From Bugula neritina (taxonomy: Eukaryota; Animalia; Bryozoa): 64,000 nucleotides of DNA. The stretch is taken from contig OZ037768.1 of the NCBI GenBank assembly GCA_964035545.1, positions 17,033,875 to 17,097,874 on the forward strand. The letters run 5' to 3'. Below are positions 35,348 to 48,300 of this stretch, piece by piece. Under the pieces are notes generated by a model. It ran no database searches and was not told the origin of the DNA. It saw only the letters and a program-made list of their open reading frames with translations. Within the stretch, counting starts at the first letter, position 1, and each line of letters starts with the position of its first letter. Position numbers and translations under genes: made by a program.

Positions 35348-38300
35348 ATGAAGGGGGACTTAGAGTATGCAGGACATGCTCATTCTAGCAAAGAATCAGA
35401 CCGAAGGTCACCTGTGATATCAGGACTTGGAGTTATTGCTATCACAGGTTTACTCATTACAGTAACCACAGCTGGTACTATATTCGGAGTTCATCTACTC
35501 AACAGAATTGATGACCTGCAGGTATTTATTTCATATAGAATTATTTGCAATAGTTAATACATACATTTCAACTTGACATTCCTAAAACAAAAAAGAGAAA
35601 ATTCTGTAAATAATATGCTTATTGATAATTTCAATTTCTGTACATCTTTTAAACATTAATTTTAAATTAAATCTTGCGGGTAAGCAAACACAAAAATAAA
35701 GAGCGGACCTATAATGTTTTAGACAAGGAATATGGAATTAGAACTGAAGGTAGCATACAAAACGGATATTGAGCAGCAAAATGAGCGAATTAATAATTTG
35801 GAAAAGAAAACAACCGAACACCTGAGGAAAAGGAGAGCAAATTACGGCGATGAATATGGATATGCGGCTGGAAATGGCCCTGAATATGGAGGTAAGTAGT
35901 TGACTAGCAGAAACTAATAATCCTGAGTATATGTGCAATTTTCTATTTGATTAGCTATCTAAACTAACTTTTATATAAAACCAGAACTTTGGCTTAAGTC
36001 ACAGAATGTACTTATCATGGTGTTATTCAATTATTTTAGCTACAGGTTGCAGCTGCCCAGCTGGACCACCAGGTAGAGATGGCCCCAGAGGACCACCTGG
36101 ACCCAAGGGTGACCGTGGAGATGCAGGACGCCCAGGAAGCAATGGGGTACCAGGCAGAATTGGTGCTACTGGTGCATATGGTGCAAGAGGAGCTACTGGA
36201 GCAACTGGTGTTCGAGGTGTTGGTGTACCTGGAGAAGATGGTAGAGATGGAGTGCCTGGAAGAGTTGGATCAACCGGAGCTCCTGGAGTACCAGGTAGAG
36301 ATGGATATGATGGCACACCAGGACCAGTTGGCCAGCCAGGAGAACCAGGAAGAGATGGTGTTGATGGCAACCATGGCCGTGATGGAAACCACGGTAATGA
36401 TGGTGAAGATGGACGTCCAGGAGAACCAGGCAGACCAGGAGAGCCAGGAGAGCGAGGAGAACAAGGAAGCCCAGGCAGTCCTGGCAGAGATGGTTCCCCA
36501 GGATCACCTGGTTACGATGGTCAAGATGGAACTCCAGGTAGAGATGGATCACCAGGAGAAAGAGGACAAGATGGTCAACCTGGTCAAACAGGCGCACCTG
36601 GATCACCTGGATATGATGGACAAGATGGACAACCTGGTGAACCAGGAAGAGACGGTGAACCTGGAAGAGATGGGCAACCAGGTGAACGAGGACAAGATGG
36701 ACAGACAGGTGCTCCCGGTCAACGAGGAGAACCAGGAGTTTCAGGTTCACCAGGTCGAGATGGAGCACCAGGTGAGCGTGGACAAGATGGTGCACCTGGA
36801 TCACCAGGTGTACCAGGCTACGACGGACAAGATGGACAGCCAGGCGAACCAGGCAGAGATGGAGCACCAGGTGAACGTGGACAAGATGGAGCAGCAGGTG
36901 TGCCAGGCAGAGATGGATTCGATGGACAAGATGGACAACCAGGTGCACCAGGCAGAGATGGATCACCTGGAGAGAGAGGTCAAGATGGATCACCAGGTAG
37001 AGATGGAAATCCTGGTGAAAGAGGACAAGATGGAGCTCCAGGAGCACCAGGAGTACCAGGATTTGATGGGCAAGATGGACAGCCAGGAAGCTCTGGTAGA
37101 GATGGAGCACCAGGACAAAGAGGGGAGCCAGGAATTGATGGACAACCTGGCTCACAAGGAGCACCAGGAAGAGATGGATCTCAAGGAGCAAGAGGAGAAC
37201 CAGGACAGAGAGGTGAGCCAGGACAACGTGGAGAACCAGGAGCTTCAGGTAGAGATGGTTCACCAGGAGCACCAGGTAGAGATGGAACACCTGGAGATCG
37301 AGGTCAAGATGGCGCTCCAGGATCACCAGGAAGAGATGGTTTCGATGGACAAGATGGGGCTCAAGGAGCACCAGGCCAAAGAGGAGAGAGTGGACAGCCC
37401 GGCAATGATGGGAGACCCGGATCACCTGGAGAACGTGGACAAGATGGCGCTCCTGGTTCACCAGGAAGAGATGGATTTGATGGACAAGATGGGGCCCCAG
37501 GTGCTCCAGGAAGAGATGGATCTCAAGGACAAAGAGGAGAACCAGGACAGAGAGGTGAGCCAGGACAACGTGGAGAAGCTGGTACACCAGGAAGAGATGG
37601 GTCACCAGGATCCCCAGGTCAAGATGGTCAACCAGGTGCTCGAGGAAATGATGGCCAAGATGGCCAACCAGGATCACCAGGAAGAGATGGAGCTCCAGGA
37701 TTACGAGGAGAAGCTGGCCAACGAGGTGAGCCAGGGCAGCGTGGAGAATCAGGTAACCCAGGAAGAGATGGCTCACCAGGATCTCCAGGTCAAGATGGTC
37801 AACCAGGTGCACGAGGAAATGATGGGGCTCCAGGATCACCAGGAAGAGATGGGTCACAAGGAGCAAGAGGAGAACCCGGACAAAGAGGAGAACCAGGACA
37901 ACGTGGAGAGTCAGGTAACCCAGGAAGAGATGGCTCAACAGGATCTCCAGGCAGAGATGGAGCACCAGGTGAACGTGGGCAAGATGGTGCACCAGGTTCT
38001 CCCGGCCAAGATGGACAACCAGGTGCTCGTGGATTTGATGGACAAGATGGCCAAACAGGATCACCAGGTAGAGATGGAGCGCCAGGCTCAAGAGGTGAGC
38101 AAGGCCAACGTGGTGAACCTGGTACACCAGGAAGAGATGGGTCACCAGGATCTCCAGGTCAAGATGGTCAACCAGGTGCTCGAGGAAATGATGGCCAAGA
38201 TGGCCAACCAGGATCACCAGGAAGAGATGGAGCTCCAGGATTACGAGGAGAAGCAGGCCAACGAGGTGAACCAGGGCAGCGTGGAGAATCAGGTAATCCC

Positions 38301-41300
38301 GGAAGAGATGGCTCACCTGGATCTCCAGGTCAAGATGGTCAACCAGGTGCACGAGGAAATGATGGGGCTCCAGGTTCACCAGGAAGAGCTGGTTTTGATG
38401 GACAAGATGGGGCTCCAGGAGCACCAGGTAGAGATGGAGCACCAGGACAAAGAGGCGAACCAGGCCAACGTGGAGAGGCTGGCCAGCAAGGTCAATCTGG
38501 GCAACCAGGCCAAAGGGGAGAACGTGGAGAGCCTGGAACTGCCGGAAGAGATGGGTCACCAGGAGCACCAGGACAAACTGGAGCACCTGGAGACAGAGGA
38601 CAAGATGGAAACCCCGGAAGAGACGGTGCTCCAGGACAACGAGGACTGGATGGTAGTCCAGGTGCACCAGGTGCATCAGGATTTGATGGACAAGATGGTG
38701 CACCTGGAGCTCCAGGCAGAGATGGGTCACCTGGTGCAAGAGGAGAGCCTGGTCAAAGAGGTGAGCCAGGCCAAAGAGGTGAGCAAGGACAACGTGGAGA
38801 ACCAGGAACTCAAGGTAGAGATGGTGCATCTGGATCACCAGGTAGAGATGGTGCACCAGGAGAACGTGGACAAGACGGTGCTTCAGGAAGAGATGGCTCA
38901 CCAGGCGCCCCAGGACAAGATGGTCAACCAGGTGCACGAGGATTTGATGGTCAAGATGGACAACCTGGAGCACCAGGAAGAGATGGAGCTCCAGGATCAC
39001 CAGGACAAGATGGTCAGGCTGGTAACCCAGGTAGAGACGGATCACCAGGCGAGCGTGGACAAGATGGCGCTCCTGGATCACCAGGAAGAGCTGGTTTTGA
39101 TGGACAAGATGGGGCTCCAGGATCACCTGGAAGAGATGGATCTCCAGGCCAAAGAGGAGAAGCAGGACAAAGAGGTGAACCAGGACAACGTGGAGAAGCA
39201 GGAACACCAGGAAGAGATGGTTCACCTGGATCTCCAGGTAGAGATGGTGCAGCTGGTGAGAGAGGACAAGATGGTTCTCCAGGAGCACCAGGTTCATCAG
39301 GATTCGATGGTCAAGATGGTGCACCAGGAGCTCCAGGCAGAGATGGGTCACCTGGTGCTAGAGGAGAGCCAGGTCAAAGAGGAGAACCAGGTCAAAGAGG
39401 AGAACCTGGACAGCGTGGTGAGGCTGGCAATGCAGGTAGAGATGGTGCTCCAGGCAGAGATGGAGCAGCTGGAGAACGTGGACAAGATGGAAATCCTGGA
39501 AGAGATGGTGCTCCAGGACAACGAGGACTGGATGGTAGTCCAGGTGCACCAGGTGCATCAGGATTTGATGGACAAGATGGTGCACCAGGAGCTCCAGGCA
39601 GAGATGGGTCGCCTGGTGCTCGAGGAGAACCAGGTCAACGAGGTGAGCCAGGTCAAAGAGGCGAGCCAGGACAACGCGGAGAACCAGGAACTCAAGGTAG
39701 AGATGGTTCACCAGGAGCAGCAGGTAGAGATGGCGAACGAGGTGAGCGTGGACAAGACGGTGCTTCAGGATCACCAGGAAGAGATGGTGCACCAGGATCA
39801 CCAGGTCAAGATGGTCAACCAGGTGCTCGTGGATTTGATGGTCAAGATGGAGCTCCAGGATCACCAGGAAGAGATGGATCTCCTGGATCACCAGGACAAG
39901 ATGGTCAACCAGGCGCACGAGGAAATGATGGCCAAGATGGCCAACCAGGATCACCAGGAAGAGATGGAGCTCCAGGATCTCCAGGACAAGATGGTCAACC
40001 AGGAGCCCGTGGATTTGACGGACAAGACGGTGCACCTGGAGCACAAGGTAGAGATGGATCACCTGGTGCAAGAGGTGAACCAGGCCAGCGTGGAGAACCC
40101 GGACAACGCGGAGAATCAGGAACACCAGGTAGAGATGGTGCACCTGGATCACCAGGAAGAGATGGAGCCCAAGGAGAACGTGGACAAGATGGTCAACAGG
40201 GTAACCCTGGAAGAGACGGAGCAACAGGCGACCGTGGACAAGATGGCGCTCCTGGATCACCAGGAAGAGCTGGTTTTGATGGACAAGATGGGGCTCCAGG
40301 ATCACCAGGAAGAGATGGAGCACCAGGACAAAGAGGAGAACCAGGCCAACGTGGAGAGCCTGGCCAACAAGGTCAATCTGGGCAACCAGGCCAGAGGGGA
40401 GAACGTGGAGAGCCAGGAGCTTCTGGAAGAGATGGATCACCAGGAGCACCAGGACAAACTGGAGCACCTGGAGATCGAGGACAGGATGGAGCACCTGGTA
40501 GAGATGGTGAACGTGGAGAACGAGGTCAAGATGGTGCTCCTGGATCACCAGGAAGAGCTGGTTTTGATGGACAAGATGGGGCACCAGGATCACCAGGAAG
40601 AGATGGAGCTCCAGGATCTCCAGGACAAGATGGTCAACCAGGTGCACGAGGATTTGATGGCCAAGATGGAGCACCAGGATCACCAGGAAGAGATGGAGCT
40701 TCAGGATCTCCAGGACAAGATGGTCAACCTGGTAACCCAGGTAGAGATGGAGCACCAGGTGAGCGTGGACAAGATGGCGCTCCTGGATCACCAGGAAGAG
40801 CTGGTTTTGATGGACAAGATGGGGCTCCAGGATCTCCAGGTAGAGATGGATCACCTGGTGTAAGAGGTGAACCAGGCCAAAGGGGAGAACCTGGCCAACA
40901 AGGCCAATCTGGGCAACCAGGTCAAAGAGGAGAACGCGGAGAAGCAGGAGCTCCAGGTAGAGATGGTTCACAAGGATCACCAGGCCAAACTGGATCACCC
41001 GGAGAACGTGGACAAGATGGCGCTCCTGGTTCACCAGGAAGAGATGGTTTTGATGGACAAGATGGAGCTCCAGGCTCCCCAGGAAGAGATGGATCTCCAG
41101 GAGCAAGAGGAGAACCAGGTCAACGTGGTGAGGCAGGACAATCCGGTAGAGATGGCTCACCAGGTCAGAGAGGTGAACCAGGACAAAGAGGTGAGCCTGG
41201 TCAAAGAGGTGAGCCAGGTCAGCGTGGTGAGGCTGGTGCACCAGGAAACCCAGGCCGTGACGGTTCACAAGGAGCACCTGGTAATGACGGATCACCAGGT

Positions 41301-44300
41301 GAACGTGGGCAAAGCGGATCTCCAGGTAGAGATGGATCTCCAGGATCACCAGGACAAGATGGTCAACCAGGAGCTTCTGGAAACCCAGGAAGAGATGGTG
41401 AAAATGGAAGAGATGGAGCACCTGGAAACCCAGGAAGAGATGGCTTTGATGGACAAGATGGAGCTCCAGGAGCACCAGGAAGAGATGGTTCCCAAGGAGC
41501 AAGAGGAGAACCAGGTCAACGCGGAGAGTCTGGAGCACCAGGCAGAGATGGTTCACAAGGATCACCAGGCCAAACTGGATCACCTGGAGAACGTGGACAA
41601 GATGGCGCTCCTGGTTCACCAGGAAGAGATGGTTTTGATGGACAAGATGGAGCTCCAGGCTCCCCAGGAAGAGATGGATCTCCAGGAGCAAGAGGAGAAC
41701 CAGGACAGAGAGGTGAGCCAGGACAACGTGGAGAACCAGGTAACTCCGGAAGAGACGGTGCACCTGGATCACCAGGTAGAGATGGAGCACCTGGTGATAG
41801 AGGACAAGATGGAGCACCAGGTTCACCTGGAAGAGATGGATCATCAGGATCTCCAGGCAGAGATGGCTCACCCGGAGCACCAGGACAAGACGGCCAACCA
41901 GGCGCAAGAGGAAATGATGGACAAGATGGACAGCCCGGTTCACCAGGAAGAGATGGTGCACCAGGATCTCCAGGTCAAGATGGTCAACCAGGTGCTCGTG
42001 GATTCGATGGTCAAGATGGAGCTCCAGGATCTCCAGGAAGAGATGGAGCACCAGGAGCAAGAGGAGAGGCTGGTCAGCGAGGAGAAGCAGGACAACGTGG
42101 AGAACCAGGTAACTCCGGAAGAGATGGTGCACCAGGATCACCAGGTAGAGATGGTACACCAGGTGATAGAGGACAAGACGGAGCACCAGGATCTCCCGGA
42201 AGAGATGGTTCACCAGGATCTCCAGGTCAAGATGGTCAACCAGGTGCTCGTGGATTCGATGGTCAAGATGGAGCTCCAGGATCTCCAGGAAGAGATGGAG
42301 CACCAGGAGCAAGAGGAGAGGCTGGTCAGCGAGGAGAAGCAGGACAGCGTGGAGAACCAGGTAACCCTGGAAGAGATGGTGCACCAGGATCACCAGGTAG
42401 AGCTGGAGAACGAGGTGAGCGAGGACAAGATGGAGCACCAGGCTCTCGTGGTCAAGATGGACAACCAGGTGCAAGAGGAAATGATGGACAAGATGGACAG
42501 CCCGGTTCACCAGGAAGAGATGGTGCACCAGGATCTCCAGGTCAAGATGGTCAACCGGGCGCTCGTGGCTTTGATGGTCAAGATGGAGCTCCAGGATCTC
42601 CAGGAAGAGATGGAGCACCAGGAGCAAGAGGAGAGGCTGGTCAGCGAGGAGAAGCAGGACAGCGTGGAGAACCAGGTAACTCCGGAAGAGATGGTGCACC
42701 AGGATCACCAGGTAGAGATGGTACACCAGGTGATAGAGGACAAGACGGAGCACCAGGATCTCCCGGAAGAGATGGTTCACCAGGATCTCCAGGTCAAGAT
42801 GGTCAACCAGGCGCTCGTGGCTTTGATGGTCAAGATGGAGCTCCAGGATCTCCAGGAAGAGATGGAGCACCAGGAGCAAGAGGAGAGGCTGGCCAGCGAG
42901 GAGAAGCAGGACAGCGTGGAGAACCAGGTAACTCTGGAAGAGATGGTTCACCAGGATCACCTGGTAGAGATGGAGCACCAGGTTCTCCTGGACAAGATGG
43001 ACAACCAGGTTCTCCTGGACAAGATGGACAACCAGGTGCCCGTGGATTTGATGGTCAGGATGGGGCTCCTGGATCACCAGGAAGAGATGGAGCACCAGGA
43101 GCAAGAGGAGAGGCTGGTCAGCGAGGAGAAGCAGGACAGCGTGGAGAACCAGGTAACCCCGGAAGAGATGGTGCACCAGGATCACCAGGTAGAGCTGGAG
43201 AACGAGGTGAGCGTGGACAAGATGGATCCCCAGGATCTTCAGGTAGAGATGGTTCTCCAGGAATCAGAGGCGAGCCAGGACAACGCGGAGAACCAGGTAC
43301 CCCAGGAAGAGATGGAGCCAATGGTGAACGTGGTCAAGATGGCGCACCAGGATCTCCAGGAGCTAGAGGATTTGATGGACAAGATGGTGCACCTGGATCA
43401 CCAGGTAGAGATGGTGCTCGAGGAAATGATGGACAAGATGGCGCTTCAGGATCACCAGGAAGAGATGGTGCACCAGGATCACCAGGTCAAGATGGTCAAC
43501 CAGGTGCACGAGGCTTTGATGGTCAAGATGGAGCTCCAGGATCACCAGGAAGAGATGGATCTCCCGGATCACCAGGACAAGATGGTCAACCAGGAGCACG
43601 AGGAAATGATGGCCAAGATGGCCAAACAGGATCACCAGGAAGAGATGGTGCACCAGGATCTCCAGGACAAGATGGACAACCAGGAGCACGAGGCTTTGAT
43701 GGACAAGATGGTGCACCAGGATCACCAGGTAGAGATGGATCACCTGGTGCAAGAGGTGAGCCAGGACAACGTGGTGAGCCAGGACAAAGAGGTGAGACTG
43801 GACAACAAGGTCAATCAGGATCACCAGGTAGAGATGGGGCTCGAGGAAATGATGGACAAGATGGCGCCCCAGGATCACCTGGAAGAGATGGTGCACCAGG
43901 ATCTCCAGGACAAGATGGACAACCAGGTGCACGAGGCTTTGATGGTCAAGATGGAGCACCAGGATCACCAGGAAGAGATGGATCTCCAGGATCACCAGGA
44001 CAAAGAGGTGAGACTGGACAACAAGGTCAATCAGGATCACCAGGTAGAGATGGGGCTCGAGGAAATGATGGACAAGATGGCACCCCAGGATCACCAGGAA
44101 GAGATGGTGCACCAGGATCTCCAGGACAAGATGGACAACCAGGTGCACGAGGCTTTGATGGACAAGATGGTGCACCAGGATCACCAGGTAGAGATGGAGC
44201 AAACGGAGAACGTGGTCAGGATGGAGCACCAGGTTCACCAGGCAGGGATGGAGCACCAGGACCAAGTGGATTTGATGGACAAGATGGTGCACCAGGAGCA

Positions 44301-44963
44301 CCAGGAAGAGATGGAGCACCAGGATCATCTGGTAGAGATGGCTCACCAGGAGAACGAGGTCAAGATGGTAACCCCGGATCACCTGGACGAGATGGAGCAC
44401 CAGGAGCACCAGGGGAACGAGGAGCTGATGGTTCACCTGGTAGAGATGGAACACCAGGATATGATGGACAAGACGGTCTTCCAGGAGCTCCTGGACAAGA
44501 TGGAGCACCTGGTTCACCTGGTAGAGACGGAGAACCAGGACAACGAGGATATGATGGAGCACCTGGAGCACCTGGAGCACCTGGAGAAAGAGGACAAGAT
44601 GGTCAATCAGGTAGAGATGGAGCAGCTGGCAACCCAGGACAAGATGGACAACCAGGCAGAGATGGTGCACCTGGACCATCAGGTTACGATGGCCAAGATG
44701 GTCAACCTGGTGAACCAGGTAGAGATGGAGCACCTGGGCCACGCGGTGAAACTGGAGCTCCAGGAAGGGACGGAGCACCTGGTCAACGTGGCGAAACAGG
44801 TCAACAGGGTACACGTGGACAAGATGGCATACCAGGAAGAGATGGAGCACCCGGCAAAGATGGCTATGATGGGCTACCAGGTCAGACTGGTGCTACAGGA
44901 CCTATTCGTATAGTGCAAGGGAATGGTAGTGGAGTTGCTGCACGTGGTGGCTACGGTCACTAG
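35348..44963 (+). CDS. Giant type II membrane-anchored, furin-released collagen B (about 3088 aa, Asp/Glu/Arg/Ser-rich helix)
   Basis: Coding exons 35348-35521 (same TM exon as A), 35723-35891 ([56 protein letters not shown]) and 36040-44963 (alternative in-frame acceptor giving 36046; ATGCSCPA, Gly-X-Y, tail [21 protein letters not shown]). Intron phases match gene A; total 9267 nt. The ORF-track start at 36006 is intronic. Confidence 0.92.
37581..38390 (+). repeat. 540-nt-offset internal duplication within collagen B
   Basis: Blocks starting at 37581 and 38121 (ggtacaccaggaagagatgggtcaccaggatc..) match over about 260 nt. Confidence 0.8.
41900..43220 (+). repeat. Higher-order tandem repeat within collagen B (units of 252, 315, 252, 225 nt)
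   Basis: Marker ccaggagcaagaggagaggctgg at 42051, 42303, 42618, 42870 and 43095. Confidence 0.8.
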
Positions 44964-45391
44964 AAACACACCAACAATTTTATCACAATAACAATTATTT
45001 ATCCAGGATAAGCAGTTTCAACTTGGTACAAAAATTAATGTTTTAATCAATGTTATGTTATGCTAGTAATTATATTTAATCGGAGTTTTATGGTGGCTGT
45101 TGATACTCAACTTGCAGCAACTCAATATTGTCATTCAGCATATTTTATTAGACTTAAAATGTGAAATGATGAAGTTTATTTTAAGCAGCCCAAACAAAGC
45201 TTTTGACATATTTTTATATTATCGAGATTCTTGTTGCTCAATCATCAATTTTTTAGTATGTGTACAGGAGAATTCACAAAATACAATATGAAATATACAC
45301 ACTCCAACTCATATCATCGATAAGACAAACTTTTCTAGTCATAATTATAATGCACAACACAACTTAAAAAATAATGTCAACTATGAGCGCT

Positions 45392-48300
45392 TCAGTCTAT
45401 CCAGCATCTCTGATACTCGGAGTCAAATTCTGGGTGAATATTGTAAGTGTGCAGATGTTTCGGTACAGTAACCTGGAAGTATGTCTGAGTTGAATTCTTT
45501 ATGAAAAACCTACCCACTATTTCTCGTTTAATCTTCTTTCTATCTGTTATGACATTAACAGGTTCGGTATAAGCAATCCGATCCACAGGTTTCCTGTAAC
45601 AAAATAATCATACTATCTCATAATACTCAACATTTACAGCAACCCCTTTCCTTGATAATGGATACAATAACAAAGATGTAGAAAACTTTTGGAAGGTGAT
45701 GTGTTACAGCATACAATTCTATTTTATTGATTTCACAGCTCCGTGAAAGCAGCAATATTTTAAAACTTACTTTTGTATCTCATTCCACCAATCAGCACTG
45801 AGCGTTTGTATTGGCACTTTTGGAAGGCTAACTAGACCTATTTTCTGTATGTAATCGTCACGGTAACTTGATACAAACTTCCTATCTGAGTGGGTGGCAT
45901 CTTTGTAGTACTTTGGTAACTGCTTGCAACTCTGAGCTATATTGTAGGAGAGCAAAAATTAAAGCAGGTTTCAAACAACAAAGATCCGTTTATAAAATGC
46001 ATTATTAGCAATGTGGAAGAATGTTATTTTAAAACGCTGCACGAAAAAAAAAACAAAATTGACATATGTTTAAAGACACTGCTGTAACGGCAACCAACAC
46101 CTGCAACTTCATATACCAAGGCCAGATTAAACTGTATACCTGATAGTGGTGACTTATCACAGTTGCCTTTCAACGTGGAAACTTTTTTAGCCAATGTTGG
46201 CATGTCCGAACATCCACCATGGTCTTTTTTCTAAATGGAATAGAGTTATTACATTGCGTACACAACAAACTATACAGCATATTTTGAATTGTCCTTTCTG
46301 AACTACATGTACTGTAGCCTTAGAATTGTTAGAGATTATTGTTATAGATGACACATACTATTTCATTGTTAGCCTCCTCTTTCTTGGATAAAACCTGTGA
46401 ATGAGGTTGTTTCACTTTTTCTCTGGCTAGTAGCATGTGCTTATACTGTCCCAGTACACTAGAGCAAGACACAGCTGTCTTATTCCTCTTGGCTCTCCAC
46501 ACTTGCCTCATCGCTGCTGTTTCTGAAATGAAATGTCAGCATGACTTTGAGTATACTGAGTATACTGATAGATGATGCTACAAATGCTATCAGGATACAG
46601 ACATTTTTTGTATTTTTCACAGTCTTATGATTAGAAAGTGACTTATAGGATAAAACTACAACTGAAACCGACTAGTTGACTATGTGACTTACATGCATTG
46701 AGTGTTTAGTCAGTATAAAAAAAACTCACGCAAGTTTATAGTCACTATCCCTGTGAGAACCCCTGATGGAAAGGGCTTTCATTGGATCAGGCTATAGATT
46801 TATTCAGATGTGCTACAGGAGCAGTTATGACTGGATGCTCTTCCTAACATCACCAATGACCTTTGTAGGGGTTCGAACCCATGACTTGGTGTTTACTAGG
46901 CAAATTCTCTAGCCCCTAGACCACTGTGGCTCCCTGTGCTTAGTCATTATGTTGTATTGCATTCAAGAAAAAAGGCAAGATAACACTGATCTAAATTTTA
47001 TTAATTGTTTTTACATATTCACAAGTTTCAATTACACACAATAATTTTCCAAATTTAGCTTCCGAGTTGACATTTTCATTTAAACAGTACTAGCTAAGTG
47101 ATATGATGTGCCGCATGCATGCAGAGAAAACAGGGGAATAAAGTTCCCAGTAAAACAGCATGAATATGCATTGACTCTAGCTCGCACGAGTATCTTGTCT
47201 AAAGGAAATTACAAGATAATTTGTTCATTAACCAAAATTAAAAGGCAATTTATAAACTTCTGTTGGATTCCATGTTACTAAAGTGATTCAACATTCATTG
47301 CACAAATAATTGGCAGAATCAGCACAAGTCTATAGCACAGAAATATCTTCGTCAAATTTCCATTAAGAACATATGAATAAATAATCTATCAAGATAAAAG
47401 TTAATAGCAGATTTCTATAAACATAATTTAGGCAACTTGAAGCCATGAATTTAATCATGTAAAAAAAATATGCACCTTCCAGCAAACAATGATATACTAT
47501 ATACATGACCCTCCGTGTTAGAGGAATATATACTATATACATGACCCTCTGTGTTAGAGGAATATATACTATATACATGACCCTCTGTGTTAGAGGAATA
47601 TATACTATATAGATGACCCTCTGTGTTAGAGGGATATACTATATACCCGACCCTCTGTGTTAGAGGGATATATTATATACATGACCCTCCGTGTTAGAGG
47701 GATATACTATATACATGACCCTCTGTGTTAGAGGAATATATACTATATACATGACCCTCTGTGTTAGAGGGATATATTATATACATGACCCTCTGGGCTA
47801 GAGGGATATATTATATACATGACCCTCTGTGTTAGAGGAATATATACTATATACCCGACCCTCTGTGTTAGAGGGATATATTATATAGATGACCCTCTGT
47901 GTTAGAGGGATATATTATATACATGACCCTCTGTGTTAGAGGAATATATACTATATACATGACCCTCTGTGTTAGAGGGATATATACTATATACATGACC
48001 CTCTGTGTTAGAGGAATATATATTATATACATGACCCTCTGTGTTAGAGGGATATATTATATACATGACCCTCTGTGTTAGAGGGATATACTATATACAT
48101 GACCCTCTGTGTTAGAGGGATATATTATATAGATGACCCTCTGTGTTAGAGGAATATATTATATACATGATCTCCAGCAGTGTGGGTATATATTATATAC
48201 ATGATAATATATATTATATGAATGTAATTTCAAATACCTACAGTTCATTATCCAAAACAGTTTAAGTAGTAAGCAACATTCATTTCAGCAATTTTGCAGT

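Noticed and set aside
36006-36045. ORF-track N-terminus [14 protein letters not shown] as a signal peptide for collagen B
   Set aside because: It lies in intron sequence ending in a TTATTTTAG acceptor; the homologous exon structure of gene A supports the spliced TM-containing start.
46860-46934. Possible tRNA gene (A and B boxes)
   Set aside because: It is the head of a SINE with a body, tail and TSD; no convincing cloverleaf.
47491-48170. CRISPR-like array or coding ORFs (47363-47578, 47899-48081)
   Set aside because: No unique spacers, no cas genes, eukaryotic context; the ORFs are translated repeat.
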